Below, piece after piece: positions 48,307 through 58,850 of a DNA stretch of 64,000 nt; position 1 is the first letter of the stretch; each line of letters starts with the position of its first letter. This DNA is from Candidatus Zixiibacteriota bacterium (GTDB lineage Bacteria > Zixibacteria > MSB-5A5 > UBA10806 > 4484-95): assembly GCA_029932605.1 (NCBI GenBank), contig JAOZPT010000001.1:32001-96000 (forward strand), read 5' to 3'. Below the pieces are notes generated by a model. The model searched no databases. It was not told the DNA's origin and saw nothing but the letters and a program-made list of their open reading frames with translations. The position numbers and the translations under genes are program-made.

Positions 48307-49667
48307 TAAAATTTGAGGGGAAAAAGGTGAGTGTTATCGGGGCGGCTCGCTCAGGGTTAGCCTCGGCGGTAGCATTAAAAGAGCTGGGTGCAAGAGTATT
48401 TTTATCGGAGTTAAAGGATACAGGTGATTATGGCGAGATGGTCAGGATTCTCAAATACCGCGATATAAAATTTGAATTCGGTAAGCACAGCGATGATGTG
48501 TTCGATTGCCAGCTTATGGTGACAAGTCCGGGAGTACCATTCGATGCAGAGGTTTTAAACCGCGCCCGTGAGAAAAATATCAAAATCATTTCCGAGTTGG
48601 AACTTGGGTTTTTGCTTTGCCCGGGTAAGATAATAGCTATCACAGGTTCCAATGGAAAAACTACAACCACTTCCCTTATAGGGGAGATATTTTCGCATTC
48701 GGGAATAAAGTACCGGGTTGCGGGCAATATCGGAAAACCATTTGTCGCTATCGCTGCTAATGTTAGCCATGACGGTTGGGCTATACTTGAGGTGTCAACG
48801 TTCCAGCTTGAGTGGATAGACAGATTCAAACCCAAGGTGGCAGCGGTGCTGAATATCACCCCGGACCATCTCGATCGACATCGCAGTATGGAAAATTATA
48901 TTGCATTGAAGTTCAAGGTTTTTTCAAATCAGAACGGTACAGATCTGGCAGTTTTAAATGCGGATGATAAAAATTTGCAGAATTATAAACCGGTATCAGA
49001 GGTATTGCGTTTTTCTGTCTCCGGCGAAGTTGAAAATGGGTGTTATGTTGAGAAAGGCGCACTGTTTTTGAATAGACATGGTCATAAAAAGGTCATAACC
49101 AGCGTTGATAAGATTAGTATTAAAGGGCTGCATAATCTTTCTAACGCCTGCGCTGCGGCAGCATGTTCTTCTGTAGCTGGTGTCGATACCGAGTCTATTG
49201 CTGCCGGTTTGAGGTCTTTTAAGGGAGTGGAACACCGGCTGGAGGAGGTGGGGCTCATTGGAGGGGTGAGCTTCATTAATGACTCAAAAGCAACTAATGT
49301 AGATGCTGTTTATCAGGCGCTTCAGTCGGTGTCCCCTCCTGTTGTTTTGATTGCTGGAGGGTTATACAAAGGCGGTGATTTTTCCATCTTGAATGATTTG
49401 GTGAAAAAATATGTAAAGGGTATTGTTTTAATTGGAGAAGCCTCTGGTATAATCGCAGATACATTTGAGAGTATCACACATCTCTACAATGCAGGTTCGC
49501 TTGAAGAGGCGGTTAGGACAGCTTATGAGGTTGCCGGGTCGGAGGGGACGGTGTTGCTATCACCCGGTTGCGCCAGTTTCGATATGTTTGAGAATTTTGA
49601 ACACAGGGGACATATGTTCAAGCTGGCTGTAAATAAACTGGAAACGGAAGTTGGGTCAGCATGTTGA
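48303..49667 (+). CDS. murD: UDP-MurNAc-L-Ala--D-glutamate ligase
   Basis: GAARSG, SPGVP, TGSNGKTTT, LEVSTFQL, PDHLDRH, NDSKATN and LSPGCASFD; ATG 48303. Confidence 0.96.
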   Translation: MIKFEGKKVSVIGAARSGLASAVALKELGARVFLSELKDTGDYGEMVRILKYRDIKFEFGKHSDDVFDCQLMVTSPGVPFDAEVLNRAREKNIKIISELELGFLLCPGKIIAITGSNGKTTTTSLIGEIFSHSGIKYRVAGNIGKPFVAIAANVSHDGWAILEVSTFQLEWIDRFKPKVAAVLNITPDHLDRHRSMENYIALKFKVFSNQNGTDLAVLNADDKNLQNYKPVSEVLRFSVSGEVENGCYVEKGALFLNRHGHKKVITSVDKISIKGLHNLSNACAAAACSSVAGVDTESIAAGLRSFKGVEHRLEEVGLIGGVSFINDSKATNVDAVYQALQSVSPPVVLIAGGLYKGGDFSILNDLVKKYVKGIVLIGEASGIIADTFESITHLYNAGSLEEAVRTAYEVAGSEGTVLLSPGCASFDMFENFEHRGHMFKLAVNKLETEVGSAC

Positions 49668-50794
49668 AATCGCCAGAAAAAGCAATAATGATTTCTGTTG
49701 TTTTGCTGATGGCAACCGGTTTGGTGTTTATATACAGTGTCTCGGGACCATATAGCCAATCTAAGGGGCTTTCGGTTTGGTATTATTTTTTACGACAGGG
49801 AATCTGGGCAGGTTTGGCACTGGTCGTTTTGTTTATATGTTCTACTTTAAACTATCGCAAGTTCTTGAGATTGTCGCCCGTGTTTTTAGTCGGTTCGTTA
49901 TTGTTGTTGTTAGTGGTTCTGTTTACACCGGCAATAAATAATGTACACCGCTGGTTGAGGTTTGGTTTTTTGTGGGTTCAACCGTCGGAAATTTTCAAAA
50001 TTTCGCTTTTAATGTATTTAGCTTACTCTTTTGGTAATAAAAAAATGAATCTGAAAGACGGAAAAAAGTTGTGGCCAAAACTTGTGATTATCGGTATCGG
50101 TCTTCTTTTAATAGCCAAAGAGCCTGATTTAGGTACTATGATGTTAGTGTTTTTGACGACCGCTTTGGTTTTGTTTATAGCCGGGATTGATATCAGGTAC
50201 CTTTTGGTTGCAGGTGTAATGGTTATGGTTATAGGATGTGTTATGGTTTTTGGTTTTGGTTATGAAAAAGATCGACTCAATGATTATATTTCCTCATTGA
50301 AGGATCCACTTAGGACTGATATCCCCGCTTCTCGATCTGGGGGATACTACCAGACCCGTCAGTCCCTCATAAGTATTGGCTCAGGTGGTTTAGCTGGCAG
50401 AGGGTTAGGCGGTGGTTGTCAGAAAAACCTTTTTCTTCCTGCTCCCCATACCGATTTCATATTGTCCGCCTCAGCCGAGGAGGGTGGATTTCTATTTTGC
50501 TTATATTTATTAAGTTTAATGTTAATTTTTTCAATGGGAACCCTTAAAATAGCAACCATGGCAGTAGACCTGGAGGGATTTTTACTGGCGGCTGGTTTGG
50601 GAAGTATTATAACCTTTCAGGCGGTTATTAACATAGGTGTCGCATTGGGACTGTTGCCGATTACCGGTATGACCTTACCATTTTTCAGCTATGGTGGGTC
50701 ATCTTTAGTAATCTGCAGTGCCGCCACCGGTATGATTCTGTCGGTTGCTCGTTATGGTAGAATTCCGAAGGTGAGGTTTATAAAAGCGCTATGA
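49661..50794 (+). CDS. ftsW: SEDS peptidoglycan polymerase FtsW
   Basis: HRWL, QPSEIFK, EPDLG, LPAPHTDFI, PITGMTLPFFSYGGSS and dcw position. Confidence 0.93.
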   Translation: MLKSPEKAIMISVVLLMATGLVFIYSVSGPYSQSKGLSVWYYFLRQGIWAGLALVVLFICSTLNYRKFLRLSPVFLVGSLLLLLVVLFTPAINNVHRWLRFGFLWVQPSEIFKISLLMYLAYSFGNKKMNLKDGKKLWPKLVIIGIGLLLIAKEPDLGTMMLVFLTTALVLFIAGIDIRYLLVAGVMVMVIGCVMVFGFGYEKDRLNDYISSLKDPLRTDIPASRSGGYYQTRQSLISIGSGGLAGRGLGGGCQKNLFLPAPHTDFILSASAEEGGFLFCLYLLSLMLIFSMGTLKIATMAVDLEGFLLAAGLGSIITFQAVINIGVALGLLPITGMTLPFFSYGGSSLVICSAATGMILSVARYGRIPKVRFIKAL

Positions 50795-51882
50795 GAATTT
50801 TATTTGCAGGTGGGGGGACCGGCGGTCATTTGGTACCAGCTATAAATATTGCCAACGCCCTGAAAGACAAACTCGAGGATGTACAATTTCTGTTTGTTGG
50901 AATTAAAGGTGGTATGGAAAAACCCCTGTTAGCAAAAAGTGGTTTTCCAACCGAGGAGATAGAGGTTGTAGGATTAAAAAGAAATTTTTCGGGGATGTTG
51001 GATTTTTCCAAAAAGATTATGCGAGCTTATGCCCAATCTGATAAGCTGGTTCGTGGTTTTGGGCCGGAGATAGTTGTTGGCACGGGGGGTTATCTTTCTG
51101 CACCGGTGGTGCTTGCTGGTAAAAGGCGTAGAGCTCGCATACTTATCCAGGAACAGAATATCTTTCCCGGTTTGGCAACGAGATTTTTAGCTCGTTTCGC
51201 CGATAAAATCTGTTTGGCATTTGAAAGTTCAAAAAAGTACTTTCATGGTATCAGGAATATTGTGGTCACCGGCAATCCTCTTAGAGATGATTTAAAACTG
51301 CCTAAGGGTAATGGTTTCCTTAATGAGTTTGGTTTGCAATCGGGTAAAAAGGTGTTACTTATAACCGGCGGAAGCCGTGGAGCGCATTCGATAAACAAAG
51401 GTATTGCCGGTTTTCTTAAAAAGGGGCTTTTGCCTCCGGACTGGCAAGTTCTCTGGCAAACTGGCAGTGTCAAATTTGATGAGACTGCGAATATGGTTAA
51501 AGATATAGATTTTGCTGGCCGCTTAGTACCATTTATTGAGTTGATGCCCAAGGCTTATGCCATATCCGACCTTGTTGTATGCCGGGCTGGAGCGATGACA
51601 TCATCAGAGTTATTAGCGCTGGGCCTTCCGGCTATTCTTGTGCCATATCCACATGCAGCGGGTAACCATCAGATGAGAAATGCTCTTGATTTAAAGAACA
51701 AGGGTGCGGTAGAGGTGATTGCCGATTCGAAATTGCAATCTGATGAATTTGCCAATTTGTTGAGGGGTCTTTTAAATGATGAGTCAAGGCGCGATAAACT
51801 GGCCTTAAAAGCGTGTTCGCTGGGCAATACAAGCGGCACCGAGGCAATTACCAAGGAGATTATTAAGCTATATGAAGTTTAA
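50791..51882 (+). CDS. murG: Lipid I N-acetylglucosamine transferase
   Basis: GGGTGGH, GTGGY, EQN, TGNP, GGSRGA, CRAGA and HQMRNA. Confidence 0.96.
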   Translation: MRILFAGGGTGGHLVPAINIANALKDKLEDVQFLFVGIKGGMEKPLLAKSGFPTEEIEVVGLKRNFSGMLDFSKKIMRAYAQSDKLVRGFGPEIVVGTGGYLSAPVVLAGKRRRARILIQEQNIFPGLATRFLARFADKICLAFESSKKYFHGIRNIVVTGNPLRDDLKLPKGNGFLNEFGLQSGKKVLLITGGSRGAHSINKGIAGFLKKGLLPPDWQVLWQTGSVKFDETANMVKDIDFAGRLVPFIELMPKAYAISDLVVCRAGAMTSSELLALGLPAILVPYPHAAGNHQMRNALDLKNKGAVEVIADSKLQSDEFANLLRGLLNDESRRDKLALKACSLGNTSGTEAITKEIIKLYEV

Positions 51883-53257
51883 GCGGATAAAGAAGCTTCA
51901 TTTTGTGGGCATTGGTGGAACAGGAATGTGTGGAATTGCCGAAGTGCTTTTCAATCTTGGTTATTCGATATCCGGCTCGGATTTAAAGAAAACCGAAGTA
52001 ACACAACACTTGGAAAGTCTGGGAATCAACATAAATTACTTTCATAAGGAAGAAAATATTAAAGATGCTGACGTTGTTGTTTATTCCTCGGCGATAAAGC
52101 CTGACAATCCCGAGTTAATCGTTGCTACGGCAAAAAAAATCCCTATTATCCCACGAGCTGAAATGCTGGCCGAGCTGATGAAATTGAAATTTTCGATAGC
52201 TGTGGCCGGCACTCATGGTAAAACAACGACCACTTCTCTTATAGGGCATGTATTAAGTAAATGCGGTTTTGACCCTACCGTTATTGTTGGTGGACGGGTT
52301 CTGGGTGTGGGAACGAATGCTTATCTTGGCAAAGGTGATTATGTAGTAGCTGAAGCTGATGAGTTTGACCGCTCACTTTTACGTTTTTATCCAACTATGG
52401 CGATTATCACCTCGATTGAACCGGAGCATATGGAATGTTATGATAGTATTGATGATCTGTATAATTGTTTTGTCGAGTTTGCTTCGAGAGTGCCGTTTTA
52501 TGGTAGCATTATCTATTGTCTGGATGATTCCGGCCTTCAGCAGGTAAGAGAACGTTTCACCAGGCCAAGTATATCCTATGGTTTCTCCCGTCATGCTGAT
52601 TTACATGCCGGAGAGCTGTCTTATTCGTCGGGTGGTATATCTTTTGTCTGTTATTCAAACAACAATACCCTGGGAAGGGTTAGGGTCCCTCTTTACGGTA
52701 AACATAACGTTTTAAACTCCCTGGCTGTTTTGGCCGTGGCGTTAGACCTTGAGATACCATTTGAGAAAGCAACATCTGCGCTTGCATCTTTCCCGGGCGT
52801 GAGCAGGCGGATGGAGCTTGTGGGCCAGGTTGATGGTGTTAAAGTGTATGATGATTTTGCACACCATCCTACCGAGATAAAGATTACCCTCGAAGGTGTG
52901 CGCAATAGTTTTACTGGTAGAATTGTGGTTGTTTTTCAACCGCATCTTTACTCGCGCACTAAAACTTTTTATAAAGAATTCGGTTCTTCTTTCTTTGATT
53001 CTGATATGCTTATCGTAACGGACATTTATCCCTCGCGTGAAAAACCAATCCAAAACGTTACCGGTGAGCTTGTAGCAGAAGCGGCTAAAAAGTCGGGACA
53101 TAAACAGGTAGAATATATAAAGGATAAAAGCAAAATCGCTGGTTTTCTAAAGGAGAAATTAAAAGCAGGTGATCTGGTGCTGGTTATGGGGGCAGGAGAT
53201 ATATATCATCTATCGCCACAGATAATAAAAGAAATCGAGGTTGGAAAGAGAAGATGA
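51872..53257 (+). CDS. murC: UDP-N-acetylmuramate--L-alanine ligase
   Basis: GIGGTGM, AGTHGKTTT, EADEFD, DDFAHHPTE and FQPHLYSRT. Confidence 0.96.
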   Translation: MKFKRIKKLHFVGIGGTGMCGIAEVLFNLGYSISGSDLKKTEVTQHLESLGININYFHKEENIKDADVVVYSSAIKPDNPELIVATAKKIPIIPRAEMLAELMKLKFSIAVAGTHGKTTTTSLIGHVLSKCGFDPTVIVGGRVLGVGTNAYLGKGDYVVAEADEFDRSLLRFYPTMAIITSIEPEHMECYDSIDDLYNCFVEFASRVPFYGSIIYCLDDSGLQQVRERFTRPSISYGFSRHADLHAGELSYSSGGISFVCYSNNNTLGRVRVPLYGKHNVLNSLAVLAVALDLEIPFEKATSALASFPGVSRRMELVGQVDGVKVYDDFAHHPTEIKITLEGVRNSFTGRIVVVFQPHLYSRTKTFYKEFGSSFFDSDMLIVTDIYPSREKPIQNVTGELVAEAAKKSGHKQVEYIKDKSKIAGFLKEKLKAGDLVLVMGAGDIYHLSPQIIKEIEVGKRR

Positions 53258-53994
53258 AAAAACTTCTGGGTGCATTTATCATAGTTTCATTGGCTGTTGT
53301 CACCGGTCGGTACGTATATCTTGAATTGAGTCGGTTACCGTTTTTTAATTTATCTGAGGTTGAAATAAAATGTCCTGAAAATATTGACCGGGGCGATGTA
53401 TTGGAGATATCCGGATTGAAGATTGGTGAGTCGATTTTTTATCAGGACCTTAATAAAGCTACTGATTCACTTCTGGAGATAAGGGGAGTGCAATCAGTTA
53501 AGATTAGAAGATTATTACCGGCGTCGATAAGGATAAATCTTGAAACGGATGAGTTAGTTCTTTTTGTTAAAACCGACAAAATATACGGTTTGACAAAAAG
53601 CCAGAAACTTTTAAGAGTAGCAAATCCTAAGAATATTCTTCCAGTGGTGACAGGACTTAGTGTTGTGAAATCACAGAATGTTCGGGATGGTAATATAAAA
53701 TCAAACATGCTTGACTATTTTGATAAGGTTAAGCTCTGTTATGCTATAGATGTTTACGAAGAGATGAGGATGTTATCCGAAAATCTGGCAAATCGGCTAT
53801 CGGAAATTCACTTTACAGGTTCCGACCGGATTGTTTTGTATTTCGATCCGGGTGGCGTGAAGGTTTTACTTCCCTTACAGGGTCGACGGAAAGCACTCTC
53901 CAGGCTTTCGGTATTAGATTTCAATGGAATTCTGGGCAATTCCGGTTCATTTGATATGACAGGGGGCAGGATGGTTGTCAGAAGAAGGATTTGA
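53254..53994 (+). CDS. ftsQ: Cell division protein FtsQ/DivIB
   Basis: N-terminal TM, POTRA-like region (VKIRRLLPASIRI), LPVVTG and position before ftsA. Confidence 0.75.
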   Translation: MKKLLGAFIIVSLAVVTGRYVYLELSRLPFFNLSEVEIKCPENIDRGDVLEISGLKIGESIFYQDLNKATDSLLEIRGVQSVKIRRLLPASIRINLETDELVLFVKTDKIYGLTKSQKLLRVANPKNILPVVTGLSVVKSQNVRDGNIKSNMLDYFDKVKLCYAIDVYEEMRMLSENLANRLSEIHFTGSDRIVLYFDPGGVKVLLPLQGRRKALSRLSVLDFNGILGNSGSFDMTGGRMVVRRRI

Positions 53995-53996
53995 GC

Positions 53997-55226
53997 ATGT
54001 CTAAGGATAATCATATAGTTGGTCTTGATGTAGGTTGTTCGAAGGTGGCGGTAGTGGTAGCCGAACCGGGTGATAATGGTGGTTTGAGACTTTTAGGTAT
54101 CGGGAAAGCTCCGACCGAGGGTTTGAAACGTGGTATAGTAGTGGATCTGGAGAAGATGGTTGGTTCTATTCATTCTGCTGTAACAGATGCCGAGATGGTT
54201 TCCGGTTGTAAGATAAATTCTGTGAATGCCTGTATATCTGGAGAGCATATTAAAAGTATCAACAGCCGGGGAGTTATCGCTATTGGCAAAGGGTCCTCGG
54301 AGATAACAAGGTCGGAGGTTGAAAGGGTTATCGAAGCGGCTCGAGCTGTAGCTATTCCTGCCGACCGGGAGATAATTCATGTTTTGCCCCAGGAGTTTAT
54401 CGTTGATGACCAAAATGGAATAGTTGACCCGATCGGGATGTCGGGCATTCGCCTTGAGGTAAGTGTTCATATGGTAACCGGTTCGGCAGCGGCTATTATG
54501 AATGTAGTCAAAGCAATCGAGAAGGCAGGTCTTGAGATAGAGGAGCTTATACTGGGGCCGCTTGCTGCCGCTTATGCTGTGTTGAATCCTGATGAGAGGG
54601 AACTTGGTTGTGTATTGATTGATATGGGAGCGGGAACAACCGGGATTGCAGCATTTTTAGATGGTGCAATTAAACATACAGCTGTACTTGGTATCGGTGG
54701 TAAAAACGTAACTAATGATATCGCAATTGGTTTGCGCACTCCTTTAGAACAGGCTGAGAGGATAAAATGCCAATATGGTTCTGCTCTTTCGACTATCGTT
54801 GCTTCCGACGAGTTAATTACCGTTCCCGGTGTAGTGGGACGCCAGTCAAAGGAGGTTTCACGCTCGGTTTTGGCAGCTATAGTTGAACCCAGGACAGAGG
54901 AGATTTTTTCGCTTGTGGCTCGGGAATTAAAGAAAGCAAACCTTGCGGAATCCTTGGCATCAGGTATAGTACTAACAGGTGGTGCTTCACAACTTGAGGG
55001 TATCCCTGAACTTGCCGAGCAGTTATTCGACCTTCCCGCAAAACTTGTCCGTCCAGAATGTGTAATAGAAAGTGGCCAACAGTTACCCGGTCCCGAATTC
55101 ACGGCCTCGGTTGGTCTGGTGAGATATGCTCTTATGAGTGAGCAACCCGTTAAAACCAGGGCTATCAAGAAGCGAGGTCTTAAGGTGTTTGAGAAAATAA
55201 AAAATATATTTTCTGAATATTTTTAA
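53997..55226 (+). CDS. ftsA: Cell division protein FtsA
   Basis: GLDVGCSK, GLKRGIV, PIGMSGIRLE, IDMGAGTT, VTNDIA and VLTGG. Confidence 0.96.
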   Translation: MSKDNHIVGLDVGCSKVAVVVAEPGDNGGLRLLGIGKAPTEGLKRGIVVDLEKMVGSIHSAVTDAEMVSGCKINSVNACISGEHIKSINSRGVIAIGKGSSEITRSEVERVIEAARAVAIPADREIIHVLPQEFIVDDQNGIVDPIGMSGIRLEVSVHMVTGSAAAIMNVVKAIEKAGLEIEELILGPLAAAYAVLNPDERELGCVLIDMGAGTTGIAAFLDGAIKHTAVLGIGGKNVTNDIAIGLRTPLEQAERIKCQYGSALSTIVASDELITVPGVVGRQSKEVSRSVLAAIVEPRTEEIFSLVARELKKANLAESLASGIVLTGGASQLEGIPELAEQLFDLPAKLVRPECVIESGQQLPGPEFTASVGLVRYALMSEQPVKTRAIKKRGLKVFEKIKNIFSEYF

Positions 55227-55260
55227 CTTCCTCTACTGGAGGGGATAGGAAGGAAGTACC

Positions 55261-56460
55261 GTGATTGAATTAGATGTTGAAAGCGAGGCCTATGCAAGGA
55301 TGAAAGTTATTGGCATAGGTGGTGGAGGTGGAAATGCTGTCAACCGCATGATCGAGGCTGGTCTGTTTGGAGTTAAGTTTGTCTCCATAAATACAGATCG
55401 CCAGGATCTTGATTTTAGCCGTGCGGACGACAAGGTTCAAATCGGTAAAAAGTTGACTAAAGGGCTTGGTGCAGGTGCTAATCCGGATATAGGAAAGATG
55501 GCAGCTGAGGAGGATATCGATAACATTAGAAAAGCTGTCAGCGGTGCCGACATGGTTTTTATAACATGTGGTATGGGCGGTGGTACCGGCACTGGCGCTG
55601 CACCCATCGTCTCTAAATGTACTCGGGAACAGGGTGCTCTTACAGTAGGCATAGTAACCAAGCCATTTAATTTTGAGGGACCTAGGAGGATGTCTCAGGC
55701 TATGGCTGGTATCGCTAAGTTAAGGGAAAGTGTCGATACACTTATAATAATTCCCAATCAGCGCCTGTTGCAAATCCTTGATCCTACAACCGCTTTTGAG
55801 GAGGCTTTTCGCAAAGCTGATGAGGTGCTGTATTCGGCCACCAAAGGTATCGCCGATTTGATAACTCGTCATGGCTTGATAAATTTAGATTTTGCGGATG
55901 TCAGGACTGTGATGTCTGAGAAAGGTGATGCCCTGATGGGCACCGGTTTCGGTTGTGGTGAGAGCGGCGCGGAGCTGGCTGCAAAAATGGCCATAAGTTC
56001 ACCGCTGTTAGAAGACATCGATATCTCGGGAGCTAAAGGAGTGTTGGTTAATATCACCGGTGGCAAGAAAATAACTATCACAAATGTTAATGACGCCATG
56101 GAGGCTGTTTATGCGGCTGTTGGCGGTAATGCTAATATCATTTTCGGCGCCGTTATCGATGACAACCTTGATGATGAAATTTACGTAACCGTTATCGCCA
56201 CCGGATTTGGAAAAAAGGACGAGTTTATAACAAAGCAGGTTGTTCCGGGTGAGCTTTTCGCAGGCGAGAATGGAGGTCTTAAACCGCCCGTTAGTCGTAA
56301 GAGAAAACCAGCTAAATATCAAAGACCTATTTATAGGGAGATCGTTAACAACGACCGTTATCCTGAAAATATCGAAAAACCTACTTTTGAAAGGTTTCCC
56401 AAGACGGATCAGGTTGAGGAGAACTGGCACAAGGAGGATTTAAGCGACCAGCCAGAATAA
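55261..56460 (+). CDS. ftsZ: Cell division protein FtsZ
   Basis: [35 protein letters not shown] and INLDFADV. Confidence 0.97.
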   Translation: MIELDVESEAYARMKVIGIGGGGGNAVNRMIEAGLFGVKFVSINTDRQDLDFSRADDKVQIGKKLTKGLGAGANPDIGKMAAEEDIDNIRKAVSGADMVFITCGMGGGTGTGAAPIVSKCTREQGALTVGIVTKPFNFEGPRRMSQAMAGIAKLRESVDTLIIIPNQRLLQILDPTTAFEEAFRKADEVLYSATKGIADLITRHGLINLDFADVRTVMSEKGDALMGTGFGCGESGAELAAKMAISSPLLEDIDISGAKGVLVNITGGKKITITNVNDAMEAVYAAVGGNANIIFGAVIDDNLDDEIYVTVIATGFGKKDEFITKQVVPGELFAGENGGLKPPVSRKRKPAKYQRPIYREIVNNDRYPENIEKPTFERFPKTDQVEENWHKEDLSDQPE

Positions 56461-56805
56461 CACATAAGCATGTTTCAGTATTTAAGTGAAGGGTTTCTGT
56501 TTAATTTAAATGTAATATACTATCGTAAAGGAAGTATAATCCATTAGAATTATAATGTGTTTTTGATCTTGTAAAAGAATTTAATTGTCAGCAACATAAC
56601 GCTCCTACTCCTGTTATGTGTGATTCTTTAGCAAGATGCCCAAGCCACTTCTTAAAATGAAAAAGTTTATGACCTATACAACCTAGATGAGGTGATATTT
56701 TAGTGTAATTGCCAGGGATGGTTTGAAATTTATTTTTGAGATTTAAGTTGATGTAGTAAGTTATATTTTTAGAATGTCAGGGAATGGATTCTTAGCAAAT
56801 GAAAG

Positions 56806-56833
56806 GTAGGTGCGTATTGCTATACGCTCCTAC
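56806..56833. repeat. Degenerate copy of the 28-bp GTAG-type REP palindrome
   Basis: GTAGGTGCGTATTGCTATACGCTCCTAC; 3 mismatches to 20499-20526. Confidence 0.8.
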
Positions 56834-56874
56834 AGTGTGAATGATTTTTATATAATCTTACCATGTCAACATCA

Positions 56875-56909
56875 TTGATTTAATACTCATAAAGTTTTAA
56901 ATTGTATTT
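56875..56909 (+). promoter_or_regulatory. Putative sigma70 promoter, probably leaderless, for the ABC-F gene
   Basis: TTGATT-N17-TAAATT-N6-ATG; no SD. Confidence 0.55.
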
Positions 56910-58793
56910 ATGATTATCGCCTCGGTTTCCAATGTCTCAAAGAGTTATCCGTCTATTACTGTTCTGGATGATGTTTCTTTAGCTATAAAGAAGGGGGAGA
57001 AGATAGGGTTTGTTGGTGCCAACGGTACAGGTAAAACAACTCTACTTGAGATAATCTATGGCACTATTGAGGTTGATTCAGGAATCATTAACAAAGTAAG
57101 AAATCTGAAAATTGCATATCTTCCTCAATCACCATCGGCTACATTAAGAAGGCAGAGTCATGCAGATATCACTGTATTTGACTTCATTAAAGCCGGTCAT
57201 GGTGAGATATTTTCGCTTAAGAGTGAAATCAGCGAACTTGAGCAGAAAATATCATCAGGACGAGCCACGCGAGCTGATAGGGAACGTTATGGTAAGGCCC
57301 TGGACTTATTTGAGAATTTGGGTGGTTATGGAATCGAGGCTAAAAGCGAAAAAATCGCCGTTGGTGTAGGGCTGGCAAAGGAATTATTGGATAGACCGGT
57401 AAGAAAGCTTTCAAATGGACAGATGAACCGCACTACATTAGCGCGCCTGTTGATAGCCAACCCCGATTTGATGCTTTTGGATGAGCCGACCAACCATCTC
57501 GATATTGAAGGTATCGAGTTTCTTGAGAACTATTTAAGTACATGCTCGGCAGCAGCGGTCATAGTATCTCACGATAGGAGGTTTTTGGATCGGACAGCTG
57601 AAAAGATCTGGGAAATTTATCCCCCGAAGGTGAAAGTTTATCCTGGCAATTACAGTGCCTATTTGGAGAGAAAGCATAAGCAGGATGAACAGGCTTTAAG
57701 GGCATATATCCGACAACAGGAATTTATTGTCAGGACAGAGTTTTTCATTCGCAAATATATCGCTGGCCAGAAGACAAAGCAGGCAAAATCAAGGCGCAAA
57801 ATGCTTGAAAAGCTGGAACGTTTAAAGAAACCACACGGGGCAGACAAGAGCATCAAGCTTAAATTTTCCGATGTTGGGCGGTCAGATCGAATAGTCTGCC
57901 GATTTGATGATGTCGATTTTGGGTATGACCAAAAACCGTTGCTCAAACAATTGAGTTTTACGATTGAGCGTGGCGACAAAGTTGGTCTTCTGGGTAAAAA
58001 CGGCACGGGTAAAACGACCATCCTTAAGTTGATAACGGGTAACCTGAAACCTGACGATGGACAAATTTTGCGGGGTAAAAAAATAAATATGGGTTATTTT
58101 CGCCAATCTGGTCCGCGGTTTAATCCTGAAGATCAGGTTATCGATGTTGTCAAGAGAGTCTTGCCTGATTATAGCGAGGGCAGTATTCGGGATTTTTTAG
58201 CGAAATTTTTATTTACGGGTGAGGATGTTTTTCGGCCAGTGAAAACTTTCTCCGGTGGCCAGCTAAGCCGACTTGTCTTAGCCACTCTTATGGCTACAAA
58301 ACCGAATTTTCTAATCCTCGATGAGCCAACCAATCACCTTGATATCCCATCGCGAGAGGCTCTTGAAAATGCCCTTGAGAACTACACTGGAACACTTCTC
58401 GTAGTATCACACGACCGGTTTTTCTTGGATGCAATCGTCAATAAAATCCTTCTGCTGGAGGATGGGAATATTACCACTTATCTTGGTAATTATTCTTACT
58501 TTGAATCAGGAAAGCAAGAGATATCAGAAGTTACAAAAACGGTTGAGCGACTAGGTAAGAAGTCAATACGAAAACCAAAAAGCAAAAAGGTTAACCCCTT
58601 GATTATAAGAAAGATAAAAGAAGAAATAAAAGTCCTGGAAAAGGATTTGATAAAGGTTGAGGATAACTTGAAGTCTGGTAAATATAAATACAACTGGGAG
58701 AAGCTCCATATATTGCAGGATGAGAAGACCGAGCTTGAAAATCGACTTCTTTTGTTATACGAACAGCTTGAAAATATTTCGGCAAAGGAGTAA
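56910..58793 (+). CDS. ABC-F family ATPase (Uup/YdiF-like) with C-terminal coiled coil
   Basis: Two ABC domains (GANGTGKTT...LDEPTNHLD; GKNGTGKTT...FSGGQ...LDEPTNHLD), QAKSRRKML linker and no TM segments. Confidence 0.92.
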   Translation: MIIASVSNVSKSYPSITVLDDVSLAIKKGEKIGFVGANGTGKTTLLEIIYGTIEVDSGIINKVRNLKIAYLPQSPSATLRRQSHADITVFDFIKAGHGEIFSLKSEISELEQKISSGRATRADRERYGKALDLFENLGGYGIEAKSEKIAVGVGLAKELLDRPVRKLSNGQMNRTTLARLLIANPDLMLLDEPTNHLDIEGIEFLENYLSTCSAAAVIVSHDRRFLDRTAEKIWEIYPPKVKVYPGNYSAYLERKHKQDEQALRAYIRQQEFIVRTEFFIRKYIAGQKTKQAKSRRKMLEKLERLKKPHGADKSIKLKFSDVGRSDRIVCRFDDVDFGYDQKPLLKQLSFTIERGDKVGLLGKNGTGKTTILKLITGNLKPDDGQILRGKKINMGYFRQSGPRFNPEDQVIDVVKRVLPDYSEGSIRDFLAKFLFTGEDVFRPVKTFSGGQLSRLVLATLMATKPNFLILDEPTNHLDIPSREALENALENYTGTLLVVSHDRFFLDAIVNKILLLEDGNITTYLGNYSYFESGKQEISEVTKTVERLGKKSIRKPKSKKVNPLIIRKIKEEIKVLEKDLIKVEDNLKSGKYKYNWEKLHILQDEKTELENRLLLLYEQLENISAKE

Positions 58794-58850
58794 TAGATAA
58801 ACATTGTAACGAAACTCAATAAAATCCACTTTCCGATTCTGATATTCATC

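Noticed and set aside
53254..53994. Absence of murB and ddl between murC and ftsQ as a novelty
   Set aside because: These genes are often located outside the dcw cluster; cannot be judged from one window.
54572..55168. 198-aa antisense ORF in ftsA, and the many other 60-150 aa antisense or nested ORFs in the track
   Set aside because: Shadow frames of well-supported genes with no recognisable motifs or SD sites.
56461..56805. Hidden RNA gene or small ORF in the long spacer after ftsZ
   Set aside because: AT-rich, with no tRNA-like or recognisable ncRNA structure and only very short ORFs.
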